A stretch of DNA of 64,000 nt. It comes from Octopus bimaculoides (taxonomy: Eukaryota). The position numbers and the translations under genes were made by a program. The first letter of the stretch is position 1. Each line of letters begins with the position of its first letter. Of the stretch, positions 10,401 through 23,559 are shown in pieces. Location of the stretch: the NCBI RefSeq assembly GCF_001194135.2, contig NC_068990.1:94385856-94449855 (forward strand), read 5' to 3'. The notes beneath the pieces are model-generated. The model saw only the letters and a program-made list of their open reading frames with translations, was not told the DNA's origin and ran no database searches.

Positions 10401-12401
10401 AACGAACGTGCATACGTACCTAAGTACGAACGAACGAACGAACGAACGTAGGTCCGAACGTAGGTACGTACGAACGAATAAAAGAACGAACGCACGAAGG
10501 ACGAACGATCGAACAAACGAATTAACTAACAAACGTAGGTACATACGTACGAACGAACGAACGACCGTACTTTCGTTTGTTCGTTCGTTCGTTCGTACGT
10601 ACCAACGTTCGTTCTTTCGTTCGTTTGTTCCTTCGTATATTCGTTCGTTCGTACGTACATATGTACCTACTTACGTACGTTCATTCGTTCGTTCGATCGT
10701 TCTTTCGTTCCTTTGTTCGTTCGTACATACGTACGTTCATTCTTACGTATGTACGTACGTTCGTTCCTAAATTGCGTTCGTTCGTAAGTACGTACGTTAG
10801 TTCTTTCGTTCGTTCGCACGTTAGTTCTTTCGTTCGTACGTACGTTCGTTTGTTCGTTCAATCGTACGTTCGTTCGTTCGTATTTATGTGCGTACGTTCG
10901 TTAATGTGTTCGTTTGTTCGTTCGTTCGTACGTACATATTTACCTACTTACGTACGTTTGTTCGGTCGTTCGTATGTACAAAATACCTACGTTCGTTCGT
11001 ATGTATATACGTACGTTCATTGTTACGTTTGTTCGTACGTACGTGCGTACGTTCGTTAGTGTGTTTGTTTGTTCGTTCGTTCGTTCGTACGTACATACCT
11101 ACGTTCGTTCATTCGTTCGTTCTTTCGTTCATTTTTTTCGTTCGTACATACGTACGTTCATTTTTTCGTACGTACGTTCGTCCGCTCCTTCGTGTGCTCG
11201 TTCGTTCGTTCGTTCCTACGTACGCAAGTACGTTCGTTCGTTCGTTTGTTCCGTCGTCCGTACGCTTGTTCGTACGTATGTACCTACATTTGTTCGTTAA
11301 TTCGTTCCTTCTTTCGATCATTTGTTCGTTCGCTCGATCTTACGTATGTACTTACGTTCTATCATTCGTTTCTTTCATGTTTCGTACGTACGTACATACG
11401 TTTGTTCGTTCGTTCCTACGTACGTACGTGCGTTCGTTCATTTGTATGTTCGTTCCTTCGTTGGTACGTACGTACGGACGTATTTACGTTCGTTCGTACG
11501 TATGTACTTATACACGTACCTACATACGTTTGTTCGTTCGTTTGTACGTACGTAATTACGTTCGTTCGATCGTACGTTCTTACTTACGTACGTACCTTCG
11601 TTCGTATGTACCTACGTTTGTCAGTTAATTCGTTTGTTCGATCGTTCGTCCTTCTGTCGTTCATTCGTTAATTCTTTCGTTCGTACGTGGTAATTACGTT
11701 CTTTCATTCGTTTGTTCGTTGTTTCGTACGTACGTTCGTTCATTAGTTTGTTCTTTCCTTCGTTGGTACGTACGTACGTACTTATATACGTATCTTCGTT
11801 CGTTCGTAATTATTTTCGTTTGTTCGAACGTACGTAAGTAGGTACATATGTACGTACGAACGAACGAAGAAACGAACAACCTAACGAACGCACGATTGAA
11901 CGAAAGAACGTACGTACGTACGAACTAACAAACGAACGAACGAAAGAAATTTCGAATGAACAGACGAAAGAACGTATGTCCATACGATCAAGCGAACGTG
12001 CGTACATACATCCGTACGTACGACCGAAGGTACGTACATACAAAGTACGGACAAACGAGCGAAAGAATGAACTAACGAATGAACGTACGTACATATGTAC
12101 GTACGACCGAACGAACGAAAGTGCGTACGTACCTACGTACGAATGACCAAACGAACGAAGGTTCGTACGCACCTGCGAACGAAAGAAAAATCGAACGAAC
12201 AAACGAAAGTACGTACCAACGAAAGAACGAACGAACGTATATATATCCGTATGTAGGAACGATCGAACGAACGTACGTACATACGTAAGAGAGAACGTAC
12301 GAACGAACGTACGAAGAAACGAACGTAATTACGTACGTACGAACGAACGTACGTACGTACGTACCAACGAAGGAGCGAACAAACTAATGAACGAACGAAC
12401 G
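7486..12401. repeat. 4.9-kb complex CpG-rich satellite of (GAAC)n/(GTAC)n/(TACG)n tetramers
   Basis: Sequence is almost entirely acga/aacg/tacg/cgta tetramers; the segment ~10571-11825 is in the opposite orientation. Confidence 0.95.
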
Positions 12402-12745
12402 TGAGTTGCGTCCATGCTGGTGGCCCATAAAAAACAGCATCTGAAGGTGGCTGATGCCAGCGCCGCATTCAGTTGCGTCCATGCTGGTGGCACATAAAAA
12501 GTACCATCTGATACCAGCGCCGTCTTAAGTGGCGTCCATGCTGGTGGCACATAAAAAGCACCATCTGAATGAGGTTGATACCAGCGCCGCCTTGAGTTGT
12601 GTCCATGCTGGTGGCACATAAAAAGAACCATCTGAACGAGGCTGATGCCAGCGCCCCCTTGAGTGTCGTCTGTGCTGGTGGCACATAAAAAGCACTATGT
12701 GGTGCTTTTCATGTGTCACCAGCACGGAAGCCAGTCAAGGCGGCA
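12402..12745. repeat. Same ~66-bp minisatellite (right block)
   Basis: Resumes at TGAGTTGCGTCCATGCTGGTGGC...; orientation flips near 12700. Confidence 0.85.
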
Positions 12746-15700
12746 CTGGCATCAGATAATTTTGAATAGGCTGGGGCTGGTTATGCGGAACTGGTGTAGG
12801 ATACAACCGTTAACTCACTTTATTTGCCATAGATGAAATTGTCTTTTCTTTTATCTTCTTCTGAGAAAAATGGTATCAGCTGGTTGAATGTCCTTGCGGA
12901 ACATTTGCGTTTCCTAGCTTACCTTGTAGATTGCCTTCATTACAACTACTGAGCATCATCAATCCTTGACTTCATTGGATGGCAGGTGACACTGCTGTAT
13001 TCCTCCACCCATAGTGTGTCCAAAATCACCATCATCACCAAGCAAGCTTGCCTTTTTACTTGTCAGTGACCCAATCATGCAACAGGTTGTACTGGATTAC
13101 ATGTTCTCAGTAGTAGAAGAGCAACCTGATATTGTTTAACTGACCTTAAATTACCATTTTAAATGCTATCATTATGTAAGTGTAATGTACAGCTAATTTA
13201 AGTCAATTCTAACTCTTGATGTGGAGATATTTTCTAAATTTTCAACCAATTAAATTTTACTAAAAGAAATAAAAAAGTTGCATTATCTCTGAATACGTCT
13301 CTCCTTAGAAAAGTTGATCTTGTAACTCTTGAGGTATACTGCTGCTAACAGAATCCCATAATTAACAACCAAAAATAGAATAATTTTGCAGCTAATATAG
13401 ATTTATTGGTAAAATGTAGCAGGGCTATGATCTGAAGGTTGAGTGTTCTTTATAATTGAAAGAAAAAAAAAATATATATAGTAAAATCTCAATTTTGGAT
13501 CTTTATATATTTGTCTTAGTTCAACTTTTATGCATTTTGAAGTGGTTTCCCTTTTGTTACTAGGTTTCTGTTAAAATCTATTTTATTTGTTTCAGTTCAT
13601 TTTAAAAGAAATGAAGAATTTAATAAAAATGTCTTATTTAGTGTTTGAAACACAAATAAAACTTGAAATTTTGATGGAAGTCTTTAAAACGGGAAGTTTT
13701 ATATTGTGGAACTTAGGGTGGTTTCAGGCAGGTTGTTATCAAAAGGGTTGAAATAGACTGGACTGATTGGTTTTAAAATAGTCTTCATGGCTGTATTTAG
13801 TTAGTCTTAGAGTTGGATCAGTAAAAAATAAAGAATGCAGAAATATTCAAGTTTTTAACTTTGTGTAATTTGGAAAGTAATGCCTGATTTATTATTCTTC
13901 AATCTTAATCTTCAAATCAAGACCATAATCTCTAAATTAATGACACTATTTTAGAATATTTTAACTATACATGTCAGTATTCAAGCATAAACGCTCAACT
14001 GAAAATTATGCTGTAATGTGGGACATAAAAAATTCTAATTAAACAAGAAGCAAACATATTAAACAAATTTCCTAATGAATGAATCATTTCTTGATTTAAC
14101 AATTTATTGGAGTATTGATCTTAGTTTCTATAACCAGACATGCTTTATTTCATTGGTACTACTTACATATAAAACTCCATATAAGGAGAGGCAATACTGA
14201 GGAAAAAAAAAGATTAAAAAAGTTTTTCTGATCATTGAGTAACAGGAAGCATTGTTTGTGAGAGAAACTTCTGACTGACTGAGTTTCATGTTGCTGAAAG
14301 TTGTCAAGTTTAAACTGTTGTTAGTCAACGTTTGCAGGTATGAGGGGACTTGAGAGGGTTGTATAGAAAAGGTTGAGGTGGAAAGAGAAGTAGATGAGTG
14401 GGGAGGGGGAACAGTGGTGGATGTACCAGACCCCCCCGTAAGCTTGCAAGAACAGAGGCAATAGAAAAGGTAAAAGTTTTTAAGTAACTGCTCCTGATTC
14501 TATGATACAAACTTCCTGTTTTTAAGTGACTCTAAATTAAAACTGTTCGTCAAAATTTCATGTTCAATTTAAGATAAAAAGAACAGTTTAATAATGGCAT
14601 TATGTTAAAAAAATTCTTCATTTTCAAAATTAGTTGAAACAAAAGCAGTGCATTTCAAAGGAAATCTGGTTGATAAGAAAGGTTAAAGAATCTGTCGGAT
14701 AGTTTTGGACGAATTGTGCAAGAAGGATAACAAGAAGAAAAAAAAGGTACAAATATTCAGTTGAATAATTTTATTTTGTTACCATAATTTAAAAGAAATA
14801 ACTTTGGAGAGAGTTAGATTACAATTGAGCATGTTTATTATCCTTTGGGATAATGATAGTAACGTTTTAAGTGAAATGTTTTTAGATGCGAGAAAATCTG
14901 ATTTAGGACTTGTGACTTTTTTTTCTCTTCCCCCAAATCATTTTGTGAAGTTTAAATGAAGTGAATAGAAATACTACAACTACTACTACTACTGCTGCTG
15001 CTGCTGTTGGTGTTTCAAGAGAGCAATAAGATTCTGGCCTTGAGCAAGTCACTTTATTCTGTCATGGTAGTTTCACTTTATAAAAAGAGTGAATTGGTTT
15101 GCATTTAAATCTAAATTGATACTAAATTCTCCATTAAGATTTAAAAGCGTGGTTCTTAACCGGGATAGTAGCACCCCTTTGGAGGGTGAATGTGAGCTGA
15201 CAAGGAGGTGGTGCTGGTTGCTTTAGGGGGGTGGGGGTGATTTTTCTTAGAAATAATTTGTTGCTGAGCTACAAAGGTTAAAACCACAGATTTAAAGTAA
15301 ATAAAATGCAGGAATGACAACTGTTTAAAGGGCAGAGATATTAAATGTTGATATCTGGTTTTTAAAGGGGAGGCTAAACTAAAAGATACTTCTAGAAAGT
15401 TCTGCTTTCTTAATGAAGCTAATAAGTCATTGTAGAAAAGAAAAATGAAAAATGCAATCTAATTGAGTGATTAGAATACTCTCTTGATTAACGAGCTACA
15501 TGCATGTACATCGTGCATTGTTTTCTTTGGCATATTCTTTGATAGGACTGTCTCATTAGTCCACTTCCACATAACCATAAAAACTTGAAGCATTTTCTGG
15601 TGCTACTGGGAGGAGTGGATACCAATAATAGCAGTTAAATGACTAAGAGCAATAGAGTGATCTAGAAATAGAAATATTTATTTTCCAAACAAAATATTTC

Positions 15701-16941
15701 TCAAGTTCTTTTTTTTTTTTTTGTACTAATATAACTGAAAGAGATGTCCCAAAATCTGTTGGGTAACCTGAGTACAGACAGATAGCTTTGTCACTCTTTC
15801 TTATGAGGAAAGAAATCTTCAGGAGAAAGATAAGTCAGTCTGAAGCCTGTCTACTTTCAAATTAATTATCAAGGCTGAATGGTCAAACAGAAAACCTGCA
15901 CTTTTATAAGGAAACAAAGTTTATGATTATATACTTCTGAGGAACATTTTAAATCAATTGAAATAACTCCAACTTGGGATAGAAACTGGGTCCTTATATA
16001 TTGCAACACTTTCCACCAGAAAATGGCTGTTAAAATAGGACCCACAAAAAAAACATACAACCATTTAAAAAAAAAAGAAAGAGCTTAGATGTAGGCATTG
16101 TTACTCAACAAATATGTTTGAAGCAATCCATCATCATTTAACGTCCGCTTTCCATGCTAGCATGGGTTGGAATCCATCTAGAAATATTTCCTTCTGTTAA
16201 TCGAGTTACTCAACTTACTTTTGCTTCTAGGATGCAGTGTTAATGTCATTTTATTAAGTTCCAAACAGTAGAGTTTCAGGTTCAGTCCTACTGCAGAGCA
16301 TCTGGGGGCAGGTGTCTTCTAAGGCTGACCAATCACAAGTTGATGACATGTGATGTCACCATCATCATATGGTGTCTTTCGTTTCCAGTATCCCTTAAAC
16401 ATCTCGTGATGAGGAGTGGATGGGAAGAGCTTGCCTGGAAAGGGTTGGTGACAAAAAATGCATCAGGCTGCAGCAAACCTGTCTCACTGAATTCCATCTG
16501 ATCCATGCTAAACATGGAAAAAGCGGATACGATGATGATGACGACACATTTGTTTCAAGGAATACTTTTATTGCCATCTGCGAGTAATTTTTTTTTTTTT
16601 TTTGTTAATGCAAGAATTATTGATCTTAACAGCATGTATGCTTTAAACATGGCCTCTGTGACTGGGTTAGTGCTTTTGTGGTATACAGGCAGCTACACTG
16701 TATATTGCTGCTAGTTTTGTGATACAACCTGAAGTCTAACTTTTTAGACAATGAAAGTGTGTGTGTGTGTGTGTGTGTATGCACATATAATTAATTTATT
16801 AATTGGCAGAACTTAGTGACCCAAGGGTTGTCTTTTGTGCATTGATAAGTGCCAATGCATGAAACTCTTGGCACTTGAGTTGCTCTGGCTCCAGTTAATA
16901 AATATATACTCATGTTTTGGATTATATTTGATACAAACAGG

Positions 16942-16944
<3 letters not shown>

Positions 16945-17017
<73 letters not shown>

Positions 17018-17425
17018 TACATACAGTCATTTAACATCTACTTGTCCACATTTGGGTCAGATGAAAATTTGTTGAGGCAACCCTTTCAGTTTCCAAGCAA
17101 GAGGAATACATGACCTGACATGTTTTTCACAATGAACACCACTTGTATGACAGTGATGCTTGTTTACAAGCATGAATAGATATGACAGACTTCAATTTCT
17201 GTCCACCAAATCCACTTGAGGCTTTGGTTAGCCTGGAGGGTATAGAAGCTACACAACCATGGTGCTGTGCAGTGGAATTGAACCTGAGTCTACATGGTTG
17301 GGAAGAAAGTTTCTAGCCAGCTGCACACATATCTATCTATGTATGTGTGTGTGAATATATGTGTGTGTGAATATATATGTGTGTGTGTGAATATATATAT
17401 GTATGTGTGTGTATATATATATGTA

Positions 17426-17485
<60 letters not shown>

Positions 17486-17550
17486 GAGGCCAAACAGAAG
17501 CTTGCTTATACATTTTAAGAAAGCAATTTTCAAGACTGTTAAGAACAAGC

Positions 17551-17592
<42 letters not shown>
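16945..17592. repeat. Compound (GT)n/(AT)n/(CA)n microsatellite cluster
   Basis: Runs at ~16945-17020, 17340-17481 and 17552-17592. Confidence 0.9.
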
Positions 17593-17594
<2 letters not shown>

Positions 17595-20500
17595 TTTAAT
17601 TTGTCTTAAAAGCATCAAACTCGTCTTCAGTAACTTTTGGAAGCCCTGTCCTGAATTTTCACAACCTGGAATAAGTTTTGAATAATCACAGCAATACATG
17701 CTGTAGGATATAAGCTTACAACTTGAAGAGGGGAGCACCGAGTGTCTATGTTATAAACATAGTCTTTCTGATATATATATCTATAATCACAGAGCAGTTG
17801 TGTTAGTTCAGATTTTAATTTAGCTACAGAAAAAATGCTTGGCACATGTAGTTTACCCTGCACTTTCAATTTTAACAGAATCCATTACAAACAATGACTT
17901 TTGAATATTAAAATCCATCTCTTGTTATTCAAAGGAATAAATATCAATTGAGAAACTGTTGAAGTGTCTGAAAATAGATGCTTGGACAAGTGTCTCAACA
18001 CACACAATGACAAACTGCTTCAGTTTCACAAGATATGTTTTTTACTATGTACAAAATCATTCATTGACAGTGAAATGTGTTCAGAGAATAGAGAGGTTGG
18101 GAAGTATTTCAAAGCTGTTCACTTTTACTGTTCTTTTAATCAAAATAGTTTTTCTTCCATTTTGTAATCAACATGGGCTCAAAAGAAGAACATTTAAATA
18201 AATATGTTAGTGAAGGTTAAATGCATGAGTGACAACAGAAATGACTTCATTGTCCTTTTTAAAGATGGGAAGATTAATCCTTGAAAGGATGGTCATGGTA
18301 AACAAGCCTCTCTTGTCCAGTATATATTGCTGTCCAAGTCTCATATCAAGATGAGAGATTCCCCTCCCCACCCGGCAGACATAATAACATTTTGTTAACG
18401 ACAAACTAATCACTCAGCTGGTCATCGTTTAACATCTACCGATTCACACTTTCCCATTCTAAGATGATTTGAACAAAAAATATCTAAAGTCTTTACCAAC
18501 AAAGTATCTAACAACACAGTTAGATTCCATCTGTGTAGACATTTCAGGAAACTTTTTGAAATTTCTCCTGAACTTTGATAATTTATATTTTTTTCTCATT
18601 TATTTCTCTTGCATTCATTCTTTCCCATAACCTCTTGGCATTGATTTATAAAGAATAATTTTGATCAGAAACTTAATTTTAAGGGAAAGAAGATAGTGAA
18701 TATAATTTATACCAGAATAAATCACTGGTATCATTATAATCAATCTCTTAAGTATGAAAGACATTTAAGTTTCGTAGGCCATCATCATGGACCTTCAGTT
18801 AATTTAGATAAAAGGCCAAGGAATTCACTACAAAGACTCTAACCATTCCATGGCCAGGACTTGCAGGGGACTGAAAGGCAAAATTGATTTTGGCAGGATT
18901 TTTAACTCAGAATATAAAGAGAAATATAGTTTTGCCCAACACTAACGGTTCTGTCAATCCACCACCCTAATAATGAATTAGTGATAAAACTTCTTAATAA
19001 TAAGTAAAGATGACTTTCTTGACAGCATTAGGTCCCTGGTTGAAGTAATTCCTACAAGAGATTATATCAAGTTTGAACTCAATCTCACCACATGGCCACC
19101 AGAGATGTTAATTAGCAAAATTTTATATATATTATACATCAAGTCTGAGATTTTAATGATGGTGGGAAGAGGGGGGGGGGTTCTTGCTCCTTGCCACTTA
19201 TTTAAATGTAACTGAAGGAATTTCATTTGTATGGAAACCTAAATTATACACCTTCCAACTGTATTACAGCACAACCAAATAAGCTCAGTCATGAATTTGG
19301 GGAATAAAACTGAGCGCATGACTGGTATTTATCAAGCAGCAGACAAAAGTCAAGAAGTTGACAACCTGGCAATAATCTGAATGTAAAGGGACGTAACTAG
19401 AGTTAATCTGCTTTATTTGTTAATCCACTGCCTGCAACAAGGTGACACAGACAAGGTGGTGTAAGTCTTCTCCCATTAAGTTGGATTTCAGATCCAACTA
19501 AACTTTGCAGCAGACAAAGGAATGCAACTAAGTATAGCAAGGTGTGTGTGTTCACATATAATTTGATGCTCGATTTCTGCCTCTTACTCTTAATAATGGC
19601 TTCAAATTTTGGCACAAGACCAGCAGTTTTCGTAGGAGGGAGTTAGTTGATTACATCAACCCCCAACACTCAATTTATTTGATTCTGAAAAAAAAGTAAA
19701 AGGGTAAGTTGACCCTTTCAGAATTTGAACTCAGGAATGTAAAGAACTGAAAGAAATTCTAAGCATTTCTGTTCACTCCTAATAATAAAGGATTTCTATT
19801 GGAGACACAAGACTACAGTTTCAAGGAAGATGTAACCAATGAGTTCAGCACTTGATTGGAATTTGGCTTTTTCACCCTTTCCTTGAGACTTTTGCTTCTC
19901 AACGCCATTGTAATAACTCCTTGGTTCAGGGTCTTTGACTAAAACTCTAGGCACACCAAAGCTTTGAGAGTAGATTTGATAGATGGAAACTGAATGAAGC
20001 CCATTGTATGTTTGTCCCCCAACACCGTTTGACAACTGGTATTGGTTGTTTCTATAATGTAATTTAGAGGGGTTCAGCAAAAAAGAGATCAGGCTTATAA
20101 AAAAAAAAAAGTACAGGGGTTGATTTGTTAGAGTAAATCTTTCAAGACAGTGCCCCAGCATGGCCACAGTCTGACTGGAAACAGCTAAACATTGGGACTT
20201 GAACTCCAGACCAGAGAAGGGGGGACCACGCTAAATACTTCACTCAATAGGAACAGGGTCAGCAATTTTGATGGTGTTAGACAATCTCCTTGACCCCTGG
20301 GCTGGTCATTTATTAACACTGAAGGGACGAAAGGCAACGTGGACTCCAGCAGGATTTAAACTTTGATCATGAAGTGTTCGAATAAATACCACAAGGCATT
20401 TTATCTGAGGTTCTAACGAGTCTGTCAATTAACCACACAATTCACACCACCATTAAATATTTCTTCCTAATTTTGGCAAAAAGTCAAGTTTTGAAAGGAG

Positions 20501-20766
20501 GAGGCAAGTTGATTGCAGCCCAACCCCCAACCCCCACTCCTGAACTGGTACTTTAAAGTTATTGACCCTGAAAGAATAAAAAGACAAAGTTGACATGGCA
20601 GGATTTGAACTCAGAAAATGAAGAGCTGAAAGCATATTGTTTGCACAAAGGATTCTGCCAACTTTGCTGCCTTTTACCCCCTATTAAAAAAAAAACAACT
20701 AAATATTAGGAATGTACTCTACCCCCACTTTTAAAACCAATTCTGGGAATATTAGTTCTAGTTGTC

Positions 20767-20802
<36 letters not shown>

Positions 20803-21465
20803 AGCTGCAACGTCTTGAGCCACAGAAGAACTGGGAATGGCAGACAAAAGCAGAAAGGATCACAGACGTAATATTGAAAACATTCACACCAGTCTCCAGT
20901 CTCTCACTCAACAAACAGATTAATAAAAGAGGTACACACACACACACATATTAAAAACAAGTCTTTTACACAGGTTAAATGTTTTGTGATCAGAGCCATC
21001 TTCCCATTGGTAAATAACTGACACGGGCGGGGGAGGGGAATCTCACACAACAGTTTATGAAAGCCCTGAAAGGATGATATTCATGATGATGATGATGATG
21101 ATAATGGTTTGTTTTTTGTTTCTTTCTTTTTTTTTAAATATAAGCATGAAATCTTAAGCCAAAAGCTTTATGTGTTATCCCCCCAAGAACATAACTGCTT
21201 GCTGTCAGATAAGATATTGGTGAAGCAGGTGCTAGGAATTCAATGTTTTAAACATTTTGGCATTGCACCTCTTTGAAGAATCAAGATGATAATAACTTCT
21301 TACAAAGTTCTGAAATTTTAAAATTATAGTTTAAAGGAAAGTTGTGAAGTTTAAAGTCTTTCCTCAAGAATATTTTGTGATTCCTGTGAATCTGTTCCAA
21401 GCGTGAAAGGGTGATTGAGATCAGCATCTTACCATTCCACCTCACCTGCCACACACGACAACAAC

Positions 21466-21516
<51 letters not shown>
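21466..21516. repeat. (AAT)n microsatellite in the OCRL 3' UTR region
   Basis: Direct; similar (AAT)n runs at ~33650-33675, 45018-45056, 53332-53371. Confidence 0.9.
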
Positions 21517-21518
<2 letters not shown>

Positions 21519-21573
21519 ACTATTTAAAAAGAAACCCCTTAAATGTGGTATGATGATGTTGCTGTGATGGTGT

Positions 21574-21692
21574 TCATTCATCATACTCATTCACAAGAAA
21601 GTGGAATACAAACATAGCTTTCTTTTCTGTGTCTGCCTGACAATTCCTCTCCGACTTGAGTGGACGTAAGAACAGGTGGCCAAAAATGGAGG
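21574..21692 (-). CDS. OCRL: OCRL terminal exon (end of RhoGAP-like domain)
   Basis: ctatttccag|CC; (A)SIFGHLFLRPLKSERNCQADTEKKAMFVFHFLVNEYDE*. Confidence 0.9.
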
Positions 21693-23230
21693 CTGGAAAT
21701 AGAAAAGTAATGTCTTTATGCTGAATTAATTATATGTTTAACATTATAGAACATCACGTAATCTATTGGAAAGAGTGTTTCATTAAAACCCTAGTTAATG
21801 AAAACATATGATCATAATTTTGTGTCCCTTTTACACTCATTAGTCCTCTATACTCTCAGGGTAGCAGGGGTATCAAATTTTATAAACATTCTATAAGGGA
21901 TATTTTGATAAGCACAGAAGAAATCAATAACAATTTTCAGTATAAGAGAAATGATGTTATATTAGTTCTAGTTTTATGTGTGTGTGTTAGGTTCAACTTT
22001 AAAAGCTGTTAAACTAGACTCGAGAATATAAAGGAATTGAGAAAATTTTAAGAGTCTACTCCCATTAGGTTGGATTTCAGATCCAATCAAACTTTACAGT
22101 TAAAATAAGTAGGCTTTGTGTATACACAGCAGAGAAAAGGGGTTTATAGATTGGGGCTGGAGGAAGAAGGGGTGAGAAAGCTGAGAAAAAGAAAGTCAGA
22201 GGTTGAATTAATGATGTACACTTTCCTAAGAAGTGCATGATCCAGCCATGACAAGTGTATCATCTTCATATTTCTAAAACCAAACTAACATTAACCATTA
22301 CTTTTGCTAATTGTTTTGGGTTCTTGTGTAGTTGTGAGCAGGCATTAAGCCTTTCACTCATGTCCTAGTAAAACATCAAAAGTGTTAGAGAGAGAGTCAG
22401 TTGCTTTGTGTTTTCTGCTGAGAAGATGAGCAATGAAGTATCTTGCTCAAGGACACAAAGAATCATTGTGTCCAAGAATGGAACTGGTGATCTTCTGATT
22501 GTGAAGCCAAAGCCCTAACCACTGAACCATCTGTGTTCACAGATCCCACTAATAGTCAAAAAGGTTTGAATTGAAGAAATAATAGTATGAAACAAATTTT
22601 GTCATGTTAATAGAGTATGTTAGTTGTATTTTCAGTCATGGGGGAAGGGCATGTGTGGCCTAGATGGGTTGGAACTGTAAGATGGTGGGTTGAGTTCCTG
22701 GATGGGGGTAGCACGAGATGATCCTGAGCAAGGAGAATGAATATCAGCCTTACTGCTGGTGCAGCAGCACCGTCTTTCTTTTCCAACTGCCACATCCTTG
22801 ATGTTCCACAGGGACAAAGGTAGGAGGGTGTCAGTGACAGCTCTGGATAATGCAAACACTAGACAAAAGCATGGTACATGTTACCCAGTCAGACATACTT
22901 GCAAGTAGAGGGGAAGGGCAATTTGAAGGGGTTTTTGGGTTTTAAGGAGGAAAGTAAAATTAATGTGTTGTTTTAATACAGAATTATCCACGTGAAGGCC
23001 CACCCAGCAATAACGGAGTGAACATGTGAGCAATCGATACTCAAAAAGACTCGTTGATTAAAGCAGAACCCAAAAGTCCACGTGCAGAACAAAGCAGTAT
23101 GCAAATTAGAAGAACTGTTATTTGTAGAAAATAACAAAATACAAATACATTTACTAAACAAGGCAAAGTCACCAAACTCAGTTGGATACCAAGTCAGAAC
23201 ACAATATAATGAAAAATAAAAAAATCTCAC

Positions 23231-23342
23231 CAAGAGTTTTGTGATCCAAATTATTAGCTTCCGAATGTTCTAAGAGCTCTCGCAGGAATGCACATATGTA
23301 CTTGAAGACAGTTCGATTATGTTCAGGAATTGAACTAAGAAC
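23231..23342 (-). CDS. OCRL: OCRL exon (RhoGAP-like)
   Basis: ctcatcag|GTT...G|gtgaga; VLSSIPEHNRTVFKYICAFLRELLEHSEANNLDHKTL. Confidence 0.93.
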
Positions 23343-23559
23343 CTGATGAGAAAATAAAATAAAAATACAAAAAATCAGCTTCGAAAGAGAAAAAAAAAAA
23401 ACGTCAGGTTTTTCATTTTATACATTTCAACTTTTTTCTTATGATGACCGAAATAAATTTAAATATTAGGAAGCCTAACCGTTAGAGGAAGTTATAAAAA
23501 TGTAAACATACACCATGTATGCTTTTGATGTGTGGAAAAAGGAGAAAAAAAAGGTGGGG

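Noticed and set aside
7415-12468. Many long ORFs (VRSF/RTNE-rich, up to 286 aa)
   Set aside because: By-products of a tetramer satellite that rarely forms stop codons; overlapping in all frames with no splice or codon evidence.
16791-17738. YI/HT/CV-rich ORFs
   Set aside because: Translations of dinucleotide microsatellites.
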